A DNA stretch of 64,000 nt from Octopus sinensis. Taxonomy: Eukaryota. The notes under the pieces were generated by a model. It worked only from the letters and a program-made list of their open reading frames with translations. It ran no database searches and had not been told where the DNA came from. Numbering within the stretch: the first letter of the stretch is position 1; every line of letters begins with the position of its first letter. Position numbers and translations under genes: made by a program. The stretch spans positions 44,578,001 through 44,642,000 of the forward strand of contig NC_043013.1 of NCBI RefSeq assembly GCF_006345805.1, read 5' to 3'. Positions 49,153-62,989 of the stretch are shown one piece after another.

Positions 49153-51187
49153 ATACATGAACATGCAATATCGTGATATTAGACAGGAAGAGAACTGAAG
49201 CATTGATATGTATGATGGGGTTGGTGGGTGTTGAGAACAAAATAACTGCTGCACAACTACAATAACACCCACAACTCTAACTATAGCAACAACAACAACA
49301 GCTGTAGCATTTATAACAATAACTATAAACGTACAGCAACGCCTACGGATATCTTGAAGAACATATAAAGTATATACGAGCTAGCAAAGAAGCCACCATG
49401 CAGTCACTTGAATTGCAGGAAATTACAGCCAAACCTTCCTCAAATACTACCCCACCGTTTTCAAAAACGGCTGACTATACCGGATAAATTAAAATTGGTG
49501 ATAATATGCCAGAAAAGGAAGACAGGGTGGTCATAACTAGACTGCCGACCAAATGATAAATTTTTAAAAGCAGAAATAGTTCTGGCAGCACATGTGAACG
49601 TCTCAGATATATTCTAACATTGCACGAAGTGGTCTTTAAAAGCACCTGTAAAATGCAAATGTTTAATAAAGTTTTTAAAATGCTTTTAGAAACTTTACCA
49701 ATACAAACAATAACTTTTACAAATAATTCAGAAAAATATACGAATTTACATGAAAACAACACTGCAATAACGATAAAAACCAGGAAGAACCGGTATCTCT
49801 TTTACTAACGTTCCAAGCTGATACAAAATGCATTTAAAAATAAATATTATATATTCGGAAACAAATTTTGTAAACATGGCACAAAGCATTAAAAATTCTC
49901 CTACACAACACAAACAACATAACAAATACTTTTATGGAACTAAAACATTTTAGCATCACTCAAGGCATTCATGCAACAATAATTCAGGAAACGTTCTTAC
50001 CACCAAGATGTTGAATACCTACTATTCCAAATTATATTAAAATCAAATTAGACATACCTTTTTTGCAACAGGAGTGATAACAGTGGTCTTACAAGTTAGA
50101 GAAGCAATTACATTCAGTTTAGAGATATCACATACAATATTCGCATATTGAGTACGGCACCTCGTTAAAATTGCTTTCAAAATAAACATAACCGTTCAAC
50201 ACCTCCTGGTTTTCAAACAGTACTCCTAACAAGTGGTATAGTTAACGAAAGACATTACATGATATCATCGCAACTAAAGTCACTTTACATCCTAAACAAT
50301 CAACACCAATACAGTCACGTAACTCACCACGACAACTACGACCACACAACTTCACACAACTAGCTTCATAACTACTTAGCATGGAATCCCTTGACTTTCC
50401 TCGGATCACCTACCAATTATCACCACAATGTTTCTCATGCACCAACGATGAGTACAATACGCTGTCACAAACTTCAGAACTCCAAACAAAACCAGTTTCT
50501 CCAAGAAAGAGATTGAGCTTTTCAGAATTCAACAATTCTACAATCACAAGTATAAACACTGCCGTACATACACTCTACAATATGATTATAAACACATCTA
50601 AAATCATATCCCACAAGGCAACGTAAATACAACTCCAATCACAAACCAGAAATAGTTAAGTTCATAAAAACTAAAGACAGCCTCAAACATCAAAGCCAGA
50701 CACAACCAATATAAACTCATTATCAAACAATCATACAAGGAAAAAACAACAAAAAATAATCCCCAGAGAAATAAAAACTGGTAATTATTTGTATCTAAAA
50801 TAAATTGCAGAGCTAATAGATAAACACTTTATGGAGTTACTAGCAGTATTATCAACAACGATTACACTACACTCCATATCACGACGACAACTCTTAATGA
50901 TATATCCTATAAGCTCCAGCCTCCGCAGTCCCTGTTACTACTACAAGAACCAACTCCAATTTCTACAGTTTCTACAACACACATAGAAGATGTAGTAAAC
51001 CGAAGACACTTACATACAAACTTAGAGTAATCACAGACACTACATTTAACCCATAGAAAAAGAAAAAAAGAATCAACACCAATGGTGTACAAACAATGCA
51101 TTTGACCCATTGCACGTACATCGGTAGTCCTTCTTGAGTGTTCAATTTTTCCAGACAAATCATGTTTACAAAGAATATAAAATAGTG

Positions 51188-51461
51188 TGTGGAGGCGCAA
51201 TGGCCTAGTGGTTAGGGCAGTGGACTCGCGGTCGTAGGATCGCGGTTTCGATTCCTAGACTGGGCGTTGTGAGTGTTTATTGAGCGAAAACACCTAAAAG
51301 CTCCAGGATGCTCCGGCAGGGGGTGGTGATCCCTGCTGTACTCTTTCACCACTCTTTCTCTCACTCTTCTGTTGGCCTGCTCGCTTAGCCAGCGGGTTGG
51401 CGTTATTGTGACCAGCGATGTGTAAAACATCTGATGGTCTGGTCGGTCACGTGATCACGTG
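51188..51461 (+). mobile_element. SINE family D with 11-bp TSD
   Basis: TSD ATAAAATAGTG at 51177-51187 and 51462-51472; A-box TGGCCTAGTGG and B-box GGTTTCGATTCC. Confidence 0.88.
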
Positions 51462-51778
51462 ATAAAATAGTGCATTACATATCACATCAGGCTATACACA
51501 GATTTCAACCGTAGACGACCTGCACAACGAAATAAACAAATAAATAAATAAAAGACCACCAGACATGCAACGTTTGTTATTTATTGCCCTCGTCACTATA
51601 TGAACGACTATCTTCAAACAGCAAATCATATACACAACTCGTCCAGTGTACAACAGCGTCCGAAAAACACTAGAACTCACACTCAGTCCAAATAACATAA
51701 GAAACACATTCCTACAGAACTTACAGCATCACCAATAGACTTACGGCTCACAATGTCCTGAGACGTATATCACCAACA

Positions 51779-52187
51779 GGCGTAGGAGCGGCTGTGTGGT
51801 AAGTAGCTTGCTTACGAACCACATGGTTCCAGGTTCAGTCCCACTGCGTGGCACCTTCGGCAAAGTGTCTTCTACTATAGCCTCGGGCCGACCAAAGCCT
51901 TGTGAGTGGATTTGGTAGACGGAAACTGAAAGAAGCCCATCGTATATATGTATATATATATATGTATGTGTGTGTGTATACGTTTGTGTGTCTGTGTTTG
52001 CCCCCAACATCACTTGACATCGCTTGTGTTTACGTCCCCCGTAACTTAGCGGTTCGGCAAAAGAGACCGATGGAATAAGTACTAGCTTACAAAGAATATA
52101 AGTCCTGAAGTCGATTTGCTCGACTAAAGGCGGTGTTCCAGCATGGCCACAGTCAAATGACTGAAACAAGTAAAGGAGTAAAAGAGT
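51779..52187 (+). mobile_element. SINE family A, complete
   Basis: Head, microsatellite middle and AGTAAA tail. Confidence 0.88.
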
Positions 52188-53233
52188 AACAGTAGCGAAT
52201 GAAGAGTAGAGTATCATTTTATTTATAACTGCGTAATAATACATGTCTTAAAAAGAGTGCTGAAATAGATGTGACACTTAAATTCCCGGCAGAAGCAATA
52301 CAGCACATAGACTCCCATAAACCTGGGTTGCGTAATTTTAGTTCATCCAAAGAAAATATTTTATCACTGAGATAAAATATAAATACAAATGACTAAACAG
52401 CTAGGTACTGCTATGACTGCTATGTCTGTTAGAATTAAACAAACGGTAAGAATGGATTTAAAATATACCACATAAAGAAAATATGGAATATGTACCTTAA
52501 ATTGCCTTGTTGGCTATCTAGATGTTTCGATGACTATTCATCTCATCATTCACCGTTGATCTAAAGACATTAACTTTAATTACACAACAGCTGTTGAGAC
52601 AGCACAAGTGAATTAATGGCATCCAAAGGAAAGAAATAGCTATAAATTCGTACAATCTAATGTTGTTGACTATTAACAACAGGAAGGAACTACACGAAGT
52701 TGACTGGTTGCTACACATGTCACCATCGTCCTTCTTCTCCTGTATCCCTCCACTTCTGAACCACAAACTTTTTCCAACCACCGCTTTTCCGAATGTCCTG
52801 AAGAAGGGTTGTTCACCCCGAGATATAGAAATACAAAGGTAAAGCTGCAACTTTGTTCTATTTTCTTTTCAATTCGTAGTTTACTTCATACCTTCTCGCA
52901 TTGCTCCAGCTTTATACAACCACATTCTTTAATATATATATAAACAACTTATAAACAAGAGCAAAAGAAAAAATTTCTAATGCCAAATATATAAGTACAC
53001 GTAGCATATAATTTATCACAATAAGTACATGTACTTATAGTGATAAATTACATGGTTACTGACGAAGTGTCTATTTTCGGCATATTTGGCATTAGAAATT
53101 TTTTTATTTTGCCCTTGTTTATAAGTTGTTTATAAATTTAACCTTTAAAGGTATTTTTTAATATGTTGGCCATTGATAGAATTTTTTTCGAAAAATTTTA
53201 TCCTATATTAGATGTATATATATATATATATGA

Positions 53234-53570
53234 GACCCACTTCGGTCACGACACAGACCATGGGATTGTACTTAGAAAGTTATCCTCCCAGGCACAAGTC
53301 CGGGAAAGGCGGTTTATGGAAGATCAGCAGTCGCCCATTCATACCGGCCTCCCCTCTCCACGCCACCAGTGTTATCCAAGGGAAAGGCAGTAGCCGATAC
53401 AGCTTGGCACCTGTGACGTCGCAACTCATTTCTACAGCTGAGAAAACTGGAGCAACGTGAAATAAAGAGTCTTGCTCAAGAACACAACATGCAGCCCAGT
53501 CCGGGATTCGAGCTCACAACCTCACGATCGTAAGCTCGACGCTCTAACCACTGAGCCCTGCGCCTTCATA
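53234..53570 (-). mobile_element. SINE family C, complete
   Basis: Minus-strand tRNA-like head GGCGCAGGGCTCAGTGGTTAGAGC...GTGAGCTCGAATCC. Confidence 0.88.
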
Positions 53571-53614
53571 TATATATGAAGGCGCATGGCTCAGTGGATA
53601 GAGCGTCGAGCTTA

Positions 53615-53688
<74 letters not shown>

Positions 53689-54221
53689 CAATTTTGCTAC
53701 CCTTATATTGATTAATTAATGATTTTTTGACTAATTCTGAAATGTGTTGTCATCAGCATTTATATTGCTGCTGAGTAGATGGCGCGGTTACGGTGGATTT
53801 CGAAAATTTAGGATATATAAACTCGAAGCTTCGATGGTGCTGCCTCGTGTGGATATATTTTCCTTTTCTTTGGCTACTTTGCTGATGAGACAAGCCAATC
53901 GTAAACGGATTTAATTTAATTTAATTAAATTCGATTACGTAAAAACGTTGAAACTATGCATAGTACAAAGTTGAAGGGGATAACTGTTTTTATTTCTCCT
54001 TTAGTTTCAGAATTACTACTATTTTGCAGTTTGAGTTTAGCTGCTCTTTCAAGTGAGTTGAACGGCCTGTCAGGGTCATTCCTTAATATTATTGTTGAAT
54101 ATATTATATAGTCTGTGACTATTTCTACTTTCTCACTTGACCGCTGGTTGCAGAAAATTTTTCTTGAATTTTTCTTGAATTTTTTTTGCTACCTTATTAT
54201 TGATTAAAAAGAAAAAATATT

Positions 54222-54267
<46 letters not shown>

Positions 54268-54337
54268 CATGTATATATATATTGTATATACTATATATAT
54301 GTATATATATATATGCATATATATATATATCTATATA

Positions 54338-54384
<47 letters not shown>

Positions 54385-54813
54385 ATATATAATATAATAT
54401 ATATATATATGTTACGAGGCTAAAACACACAGTAGTTACGCAGGTGCCAGCGTTTAGTGAATAGCACTTCTGAAACTGAACTGTATGGTCCTTATAGGAT
54501 GCTATTTATACAATTGATAATGAATATTTTGATTGATTCAGAAAGAAATCATCTGTTAGAGTCGTGTGATGGCATAGCACAGATTTGAATTCCCACGAAA
54601 AAGATTCTTTGATAAAAATAAAGGTTAGATTGTAAAAATAAATATGTAATTTTTTTTTTTAAACTGTAGGATGGTTTAGATTTGTGTACGCTGTTACATA
54701 AACGTTTCAATACACCCACAAACACATAGACACAAACACACACGCGTATATAATTCGTATTTATATGCATCTGTATATGTGTATGTATGTATATGTCTAT
54801 ATGTATATATATA

Positions 54814-54861
<48 letters not shown>

Positions 54862-55428
54862 ATGTATGTAGTATGTATGTTCTCTCTCTCTCCTCTATAT
54901 ATATATATATCTATATATATAGGGATAGAGAAGAGAGAGATAAGAGAGAGTATACACACACACACAGATATACTCGAGCAAGCATCCATTTTTGTATATG
55001 TATATCTCTATCTATCTGTCTGTTTGTCTTATGTACGTATGTACGTACGTATGTATGTATGTATGTATGTATGTATGTGTATGTATGTATGTATGTATGT
55101 ATGTATGTATGTATCTATCTATCTATCTATATACTCACACACACACATACTTACATATTAGTGTATGTAAATATATGCATCTGTGTGTAAGTGCTTTTGT
55201 ATGAATGTAAGCATGTGTGTGTGTGTGTGTGTGTATTTGTGTGCGTATATGTGTGTATTTAAATGCATACAAAAGCATATTTACACGTATCTTATACATA
55301 CATACATACAAAAAAGTCGTGTAAACACACAAGTGCACAACATGCAAAAACTTTCAGAGTTAGTGGAGAATGTATACAAATGCGAGTATGTATGTATGTA
55401 CAGACAAACAAGTGTGTGTGCACACACG

Positions 55429-55465
<37 letters not shown>

Positions 55466-55600
55466 ATATATCATGGTGCATCTGTAAGCATACACGTGTG
55501 TGTGTGCTCGGTAGGATGTACGTGCGTATTTAAAAAAAAGAATGAAGAAAATTATGAGAAAATTGAATTAAAACATGGGGAAAAAATATGACAAAAATAC

Positions 55601-55659
<59 letters not shown>

Positions 55660-55665
55660 TATATA

Positions 55666-55744
<79 letters not shown>

Positions 55745-55771
55745 CACATATGGATATTTTTTTATCTATGT

Positions 55772-56235
55772 GGCGGTGTGGTAAGTAGCTTGCTTACGAA
55801 CCACATGTTTCCGGGTTCAGTCCCACTGCGTGGCACCTTGGGCAAGTGTCTTCTACTAAAGCCTAGTGAGTGGATTTGGTAAACGGAAACTGAAAGAAAC
55901 CCGTCGTATATATGTATATATATATGTATGTGTATGTATATGTTTGTGTGTCTGTGTTTGTCTCCCAACATTACTTGACTGTAGCCATGCTGGAGCACCG
56001 CCTTTAGTCGAGCAAATCGACACCAGGACTTATTCTTTGTAAGCCTAGTACTTATTCTATCGGGCCTCTTTTACCGAACCGCTAAACTACGGGGACGTCA
56101 ACAGACCAGCATCGCTTGTCAAGCAATGTTGGGAGGACAAACACAGACACACAAATGCGCGCGCGCGCACACAGACACAGACACACAGACACACACACTC
56201 ACACACACACATATACACATATATACGACGGGCAT
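55772..56235. mobile_element. SINE family A: + head half joined to a minus-strand copy
   Basis: 55772-55977 forward; 55978-56235 is the reverse complement of the family middle and 3' part. Confidence 0.75.
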
Positions 56236-56241
56236 ATAAAC

Positions 56242-56275
<34 letters not shown>

Positions 56276-56419
56276 ACAGATATGTGTATATAGATATGTG
56301 TATATGTGCATATAAATATGCCTATGTATATTGTATATGTGTTATATTATTGTGTGTGTGTGTGTGTTTATAAATTAAGGCTGTTTGCAATATATACACC
56401 TCTTATCTAACCATCATAG

Positions 56420-56720
56420 GTTGATGTTGATATCAAACTACAAGAAATCGCAGACTAATAAAACTGCTGAAGATAAATTTATTTGAGGACTCAAAACTCA
56501 TGGGCAAACAGTGAAATTGTTCTGAAGTTTCCAGTGCTTTCGCAGGAAGTAAACTTGTATTTTATTGCCTTTCGTACTTCTGACGTTGTTGAGCAAGGCT
56601 TTAACCGAATATATTTCCTATCATCCAAAGCTCACAACCGCTTAGAAATTGTAGGTAGAGGGGATCTTCGTTTGTCTTTATCGACGTTGAAAAACTTGCG
56701 AAACTGCATCAAACATAAGA
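56420..56720 (+). pseudogene. hAT (Charlie/Buster-like) transposase C-terminal fragment
   Basis: FIAFRTSDVVEQGF....SKAHNRLEIVGRGDLRLSL resembles the hAT dimerisation region FP(T/S)SYLVE.GFS....K.RNRL...GDLRL. Confidence 0.7.
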
Positions 56721-56747
56721 TAAAAAAAAAAGTAATGTATTATATTT

Positions 56748-57287
56748 GAATCTTTTCGCTTTGACCGGCAGATTTTTAAAATAATTTCTTTGTAATTAAA
56801 CACTGTTAAACTTCGTATACTGGTAGAATGTGCTACATAAAGCATCTTTTTCTCTTGGCTTTATTGAGAAAATTCTGTAGTTTGCAAGCTATTTGTTGTT
56901 TAATTTCTTGCATTTCGGCAATTTCAACCAATCAATGACGACTATTGAGGTGAATACAATTTCTATTTGTGGTGTCATATGAATTTGTTACTGTTATTTA
57001 TGACATATTTCATATCAATTACGTTCGTATGAATAAAAGATTATCGTTATTAAACTTTATTAATAAACACATATTCTAAGTTCACAACATACACAGTTTT
57101 AATTTCCCTCTCTGTTGTACAGATACACACATTACATATATATTCGTTTAAGAAATAGATTGGGTTTATTTACATTTCTGAAGAAAAATATGTTTTATGT
57201 AACACATTCTACCAGTATACGAAGTTTAAAAGTGTTTAGTTACAAAGAAATTACTTTAAAGATCTGCCGGTCAAAGCGAAAAGATCC
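56748..57287. mobile_element. 8-bp-TSD MITE variant with long inverted arms
   Basis: TSD TTATATTT at 56740-56747 and 57288-57295. Confidence 0.85.
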
Positions 57288-57749
57288 TTATATTTTGTTA
57301 TTCTGCTATTTTGGTTTTCTGCTCAAAAAAGTATTCATCTTTTAGAAAAGATCAAATTTTCGGGTTCTCAGTAGAAGTTCTTTGTTTTGCGTGTCACAGA
57401 AATAAACAACAAAAAAAAAAACGTATGATTATGGATGATTGCTTCATTGAACACACAAAATATTTTGTTTTTGTGAAATTGAATAACAGAGAATAAATAT
57501 GCAATAAATAGACACTGATATTTTTTGCGTTAATGACAGAAAACAGATCATCTTAGAAAAATAAAATTTTAATGTTTATTTATTATACATTTTTGTTAAA
57601 AAAATTGTTCAATGATCAATTTTTAAGCATTCATAATAAATTTCATGATAATAAAGCTAATTTAAAATCAATTAATATTTAAAATGTTGTTATTTGATAA
57701 ATTTTACAAATTTTGTTTATATTGAAGCTTTATAAACTTTCTCAAATAT

Positions 57750-58230
57750 GACCTGTAAAGTCGTATATACGCTTTAGTAATAAACATATAGTCGCTAATG
57801 GTCGCAATAAAAACATTGACACACAGGAACAAAAGAATGTAATTAGGGATAAGAAAAACTGAACTTATCTAAAGCCCCTTGAATTCTCAGCCAAAAACTC
57901 ACACACCTATAACTGTAGAATAGCTGCTAACTGTGACCTTCAAGGTAGGTACCTTATAAACAATTTAAAATATAAAAGTAATTTAATAATACTTCATAAC
58001 GATAAATATTACATTACTTTCTACATCAAATTCTTCTAAGTGTCGCTATACCATGCATAGACATGCTTCTAATAGCAGAAAATGTAAGACAACTCTGGTA
58101 GCAGAATGGGGTCTAAAGTACAAGAATACTGATTTTAGGTTGCAATAGAGTATCACTGCAACATCATCTGCATACGCTGGAAATATTAAATACAAACAAA
58201 TAGATTCCAGACTCTTTACAGCAGAAGAAT
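57750..58230 (-). pseudogene. Heavily decayed LINE reverse transcriptase fragment
   Basis: Minus strand 58177-58151 reads AYADDVAVI; extent approximate. Confidence 0.5.
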
Positions 58231-58325
58231 TTAAAATACATTTCGCAGATAAGAAAGATTAACTGGAGAACCGTGTGATATTCTGCAAACATTAATTTCT
58301 TAATGTATGAATATATATATATATA

Positions 58326-58838
58326 CTAGCAGTATCACCCGGCGTTGCTCGGGTTTGTAAGGGAAATAACTATATAAGCATTTTTAGAGAGTTACTTCCC
58401 TTATAGATGCCAATTCGGGCTTTCTTAGCCATTTCTGTTTTGGTGTCTTCAAGCCATGAAGTCGTTGTTCTAAAAGAACGCTGGTCTCCTTGACAACGCT
58501 TTACGACGTTGATTTTCTTACACTCCCTTCCCCACAGCTTCACGAGGGAGAGAAGAATGGGGAGATGCAAACAGGTGCAGGTGTGACCATGGACGCCAAC
58601 TCCGCCGCCATCGACACACGAAAAATTATGCATTAAAATGGAATAAAAAATAATGTTAAATTATTTTAAAAATCGTAGACTCATCGTAGACGCGCGCTAA
58701 TACTCAGACGGGCTCGATATGAATCACGACTATAAGATACCCGAATTTGGTTAAACTGCACCGCAAAATGTGGGAGTAGTTAGGAATCTAAATCGAAGGG
58801 GACAGACACTCACACAACTACAGTTTTATATATATAGA
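58326..58838 (-). mobile_element. Non-autonomous Helitron, complete
   Basis: 5' TC, 3' hairpin, CTAG end, inserted in (TA)n. Confidence 0.88.
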
Positions 58839-58876
58839 TATGTGGATATACGTATATATATATACGTATATCCATA

Positions 58877-59003
<127 letters not shown>

Positions 59004-59009
59004 ATATAT

Positions 59010-59233
59010 GGCGAGCTGGCAGAAACGTTAGCAGGCTGGGCGAAATGCGTAGCCGTATTTCGTCTGTCGTTACGTCGTGAGTTCAAATTCCGCCGAGGTC
59101 GACTTTGCCTTTCATCCTTTCGGGTCGATAAATTAAGTACCAGTTACGCACTGGGGTCGATGTAATCGACTTAATCCGTTTGTCTGTCCTTGTTTGTCCC
59201 CTCTATGTTTAACCCCTTTGGGCAATAAAGAAA
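59010..59233 (+). mobile_element. SINE family B
   Basis: Matches 17311-17592. Confidence 0.88.
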
Positions 59234-59241
59234 TATATCTA

Positions 59242-59291
<50 letters not shown>

Positions 59292-59467
59292 TATATTATA
59301 TATATGACGTATATTTGCCATTTAAATATGGCTAACCCCTAAGGGTGGATGCTACTGTAGTTTGTAGCCCCAGGAGGACACCTCCTCCAGCTGGCTATAG
59401 ACACACTTTCTGTGCCCTATCAGTATTTGCAAAGGGAAGCTATCCTTCCCGTCTTCAACTTATGATA

Positions 59468-59512
59468 CACACGGACTCATGTTTCTGAATATTGACGCGT
59501 CATCGGCGTGTG
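59468..59512 (-). ncRNA. Second copy of the U4C hammerhead-like motif, within a Penelope-like fragment at 59311-59545
   Basis: CACACG-CCGATGA-14 nt-GAAA-C-ATGA-G-TC-CGTGTG; core and stem I conserved, loop no longer palindromic. Confidence 0.5.
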
Positions 59513-59839
59513 ACAATCACAGTTGTCGATGAGAAGTAGGTAAACGAGATCAAGATCGTCGTATGCATGTGTCTTTGTGTTTGAGTCGCCCAGCACCACC
59601 AAACAAATAGTGTTTGTTTACATCTCCGTAACTTTGCGTTTCGGTATAATAGACCGATAGAATAGATACCGGGTTTAAAAGATTAAGCTCTGTGGTCGAC
59701 TCGTTTGACTAAAACCGTTGAAGGTGGTGTATCAGCATGGCTGCAGGCCACTACCTGAAACAAGATAAGGTAAAAATTTAAAATGTTTGTGTGTGTTCGT
59801 GTGTACGTGTGTATCTTTATGTGTAGGTGAGTCTGTATC

Positions 59840-59953
<114 letters not shown>

Positions 59954-60381
59954 AGTCTGTGTGCCAATATGAATAGATAATATATACGGGTCATTAAGTT
60001 TTATGGCTGTCTATACCGTTGCCACTAAACTTAAGACGCATCAAAGAAAAACAACAGATAAAAGACTCAATAAAACTATTAATCAGAAAGTGATTTGATA
60101 TTTCTCCATCAACAGCCTGTTTGATTTTCGATCTAGCATTCGGTGTTTGGCTCTCTGTTGCTGATAATCCGAAATATGGTGAAATCACGTGATACAACAT
60201 TGCTATCCGCCGGTGTTGACGAAGTATCGTCGACCAATATTATCTGTGCTTTCTTTAGCATTTGTCGTCTGCACGACACAATTTCTCAAGACGTTGTAAA
60301 AAAACGAAAGCTGTACACTTTGTGTGACAACACAACAGCATTGCAGTATATTGCAAAGAGAGTGGGTGCATCAAGGTCTCC

Positions 60382-60446
<65 letters not shown>

Positions 60447-60486
60447 TATATATATGTATATATATATGTATATATATATGTATATA

Positions 60487-60528
<42 letters not shown>

Positions 60529-60550
60529 TATATATATATATATATATATA

Positions 60551-60631
<81 letters not shown>

Positions 60632-60646
60632 TATATATATATAATA

Positions 60647-60684
<38 letters not shown>

Positions 60685-60686
60685 CT

Positions 60687-60777
60687 AATTATAATTAAGG
60701 TATCTAAAAGATACCAGCATTCTAGATATAGCTATATCTAGCATGTTGGTATCTTTTAGATACCCTTAATTATAATT
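60687..60777. repeat. Loop-less palindrome (about 45-bp arms) at the end of an element related to about 16461-16640
   Basis: Centre CTAGATATAG|CTATATCTAG; 2 mismatches and 1 indel. Confidence 0.88.
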
Positions 60778-61445
60778 TTAATAATAATTATTACATAAGA
60801 GGATATTATTCCCATGCTAGCCACTTGATAAGATCGTTATTTAAAATACCGATCTTATCCTTATATGTATATATCACCGTGATCATCGTGACCGACCAGG
60901 CTATCAGATGTTGCTACACATCTCTGGTCTGGTCACAATGCGCTTCGCATTGTTTTAGCCTTCAAATGACGCCATCCCGCTTGGCTAAGCGAGCAGGCCA
61001 ACAGAAGGAGATGCGTGAAATATCCTCCTTCTCACTTGTTTTCACATTAAATTCCAATTTAATCGTAATCTGATCAGTTTGAAAGGTATTTGTTTAAAAC
61101 TTCATTAAAAATTCCCATTTTTCCTGAAAGTTATGAAGAAACAAAATCAGGGGTGAGAATGCTTGTATAGGTATGCTCAAGTGAGGTAAGTAAATCAAAG
61201 CCAGTTTTCTTATTCAGCCGTCTATTTTTTCTTAGCAATACCCTACGAATATGAAAGGATACCGGAACCAATATAATTTGGTTGACGCTGGATTAAAATT
61301 ATAATTTGCAAACACTTGGGCAAACGTTACATTGCCAGAAGTATGGACGGAAATGTCGCGTTGAATGAGGTTTGTGATTGAGGCGTGTATTTGAAATATT
61401 CGATAATGAACGAAAGTTTCAAAACAGCGTTTTGGTAAAAATATG

Positions 61446-61881
61446 GGATTATTTCGGTTTGACCGGCAGTTTTTAAAAATAATTTCCACGTAACTAAACA
61501 CTTTTAAACTTCGTATACTGGTAGAATCTGTTTATAAAACATCTTTTTCTCTTGGCTTTATTGAGAAAATTCTATAGTTTGTAAGATATTTGTTGTTTTT
61601 TTCTTCAATTTCTGCAATTTCAACCAATCAGTGTCGTCTATTGAGGTGAAAACATTCTGTGCCGTATAAATATGTCCCTCGTTTAAGAAACAGATTGGGT
61701 TTATTTACATTTGTGAAGGAAAAAGATACCCTAACCCTAACCCTAACCCTAACTAACCCTAACTCTAACCCTAACCCTTAAACAGATTGAAATGCAATAG
61801 ATCGATACTAGGGTCATAATTATGGGTGGCAATTTCATATGACGCCGCTAGAAAAAACTGCCGTTCAAACCGAAAAGATCC
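61446..61881. mobile_element. 8-bp-TSD MITE with expanded (CCCTAA)n
   Basis: TSD AAAATATG / AACATATG (7 of 8 match); TIRs as in other copies. Confidence 0.88.
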
Positions 61882-62989
61882 AACATATGTTAAAACTGGA
61901 ATTTACAAAATTTTCCAGACAGTATAGCCTTAAATAATTTCTTTCTCTAGGTAATTCCAAGTAATTGATAAGCGTTCCCCGTTGTAGAATATAGCCTTTC
62001 CCATTTGTATTGTTGTCTAGTGGTTCTGAAGCAGTGCCTCATAAGACACTGCTGTGTTATTGCTCTTTGGTGTTTCATGGTATATCACTGTTGTAAATGC
62101 CCACTCGGCACAACATTTGCTTTGATTTCGACTTCACTCCCAGTGTGCGGTGTTTTCAACTATGGTCCTACGCCGACCAATGCCTTAATGCCTTGGGAAT
62201 GAATTTATTGTGAGTTTACATGTGCATGTGTGTATTTGTATTTGTGTTTGCCCCCACTTCCCACCGCTTTTCAACCGTTGCTGGTATATTTGCATTCCCG
62301 TAACTTAAGGGATCGACAAAAGAGAATCGATAGAATAAATACCAAACTTTAAAAAATAAGTACTGGCGTTGAGTTGTTCGACTAAACACTCCAAGGCGGT
62401 GCTCCAGCATGACTGTAGTCAGAGAATGAAACCAGTAAACGATAAAAGATATAAAGCAGTTCTTAAATAAACAACCTTTTGATCTCAATTACAACCACAG
62501 TACTTCACATTTATAAAACAGCGAAAATAAACGAAGGCGTTGCGCATATCCTATAAGTATCGCTGACGTGTTTCGAGTTTCAACACTAAATAGGTTTGTT
62601 GTGATGTTTCTCGTGATCTTGTTTGGCTTGTTTAACACACTAGATTTTATTTTTATTTAAAATGTTATTAAAAGAAGTAACTAAGTCCAAATTTACAATT
62701 TGACAATGAGCTCAATTCAACAGAAATAACATTTGCAATGATATTGATTCTCTATTTCAAAACTTTTCTAATAAACTTAGTAATTCATTTGACATGAAAA
62801 GAATGTTCTTCACTAACTTATTTCTTCAACAAAAGCTAGTGCATGCAGTCAGAATATACGGATGTTGATAATCATTAAACTGATGACATTAGCTGCATGA
62901 CAAGTTCTTGTTCTGCTGAGTAGGCCAAGTTCAACCGAGGTTACATCAAAACAAAGTGAAGTTTCTATTAATAATGTCGGCCAGAGAAA

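Noticed and set aside
49400-52600. A/C-rich stretch that may be a decayed L1/Tx1-like 5' region
   Set aside because: No diagnostic motif could be read with confidence.
60143-60682. 179-aa ORF
   Set aside because: The second half is microsatellite; the first half has no recognisable domain or convincing splice pair.
61729-61780. Telomeric repeats as a chromosome end or fusion site
   Set aside because: Short and located at the same internal position of a TSD-flanked MITE.
62545-62600. Minus-strand GAAACACGTC resembling a hammerhead 3' half
   Set aside because: No upstream CUGANGA box.
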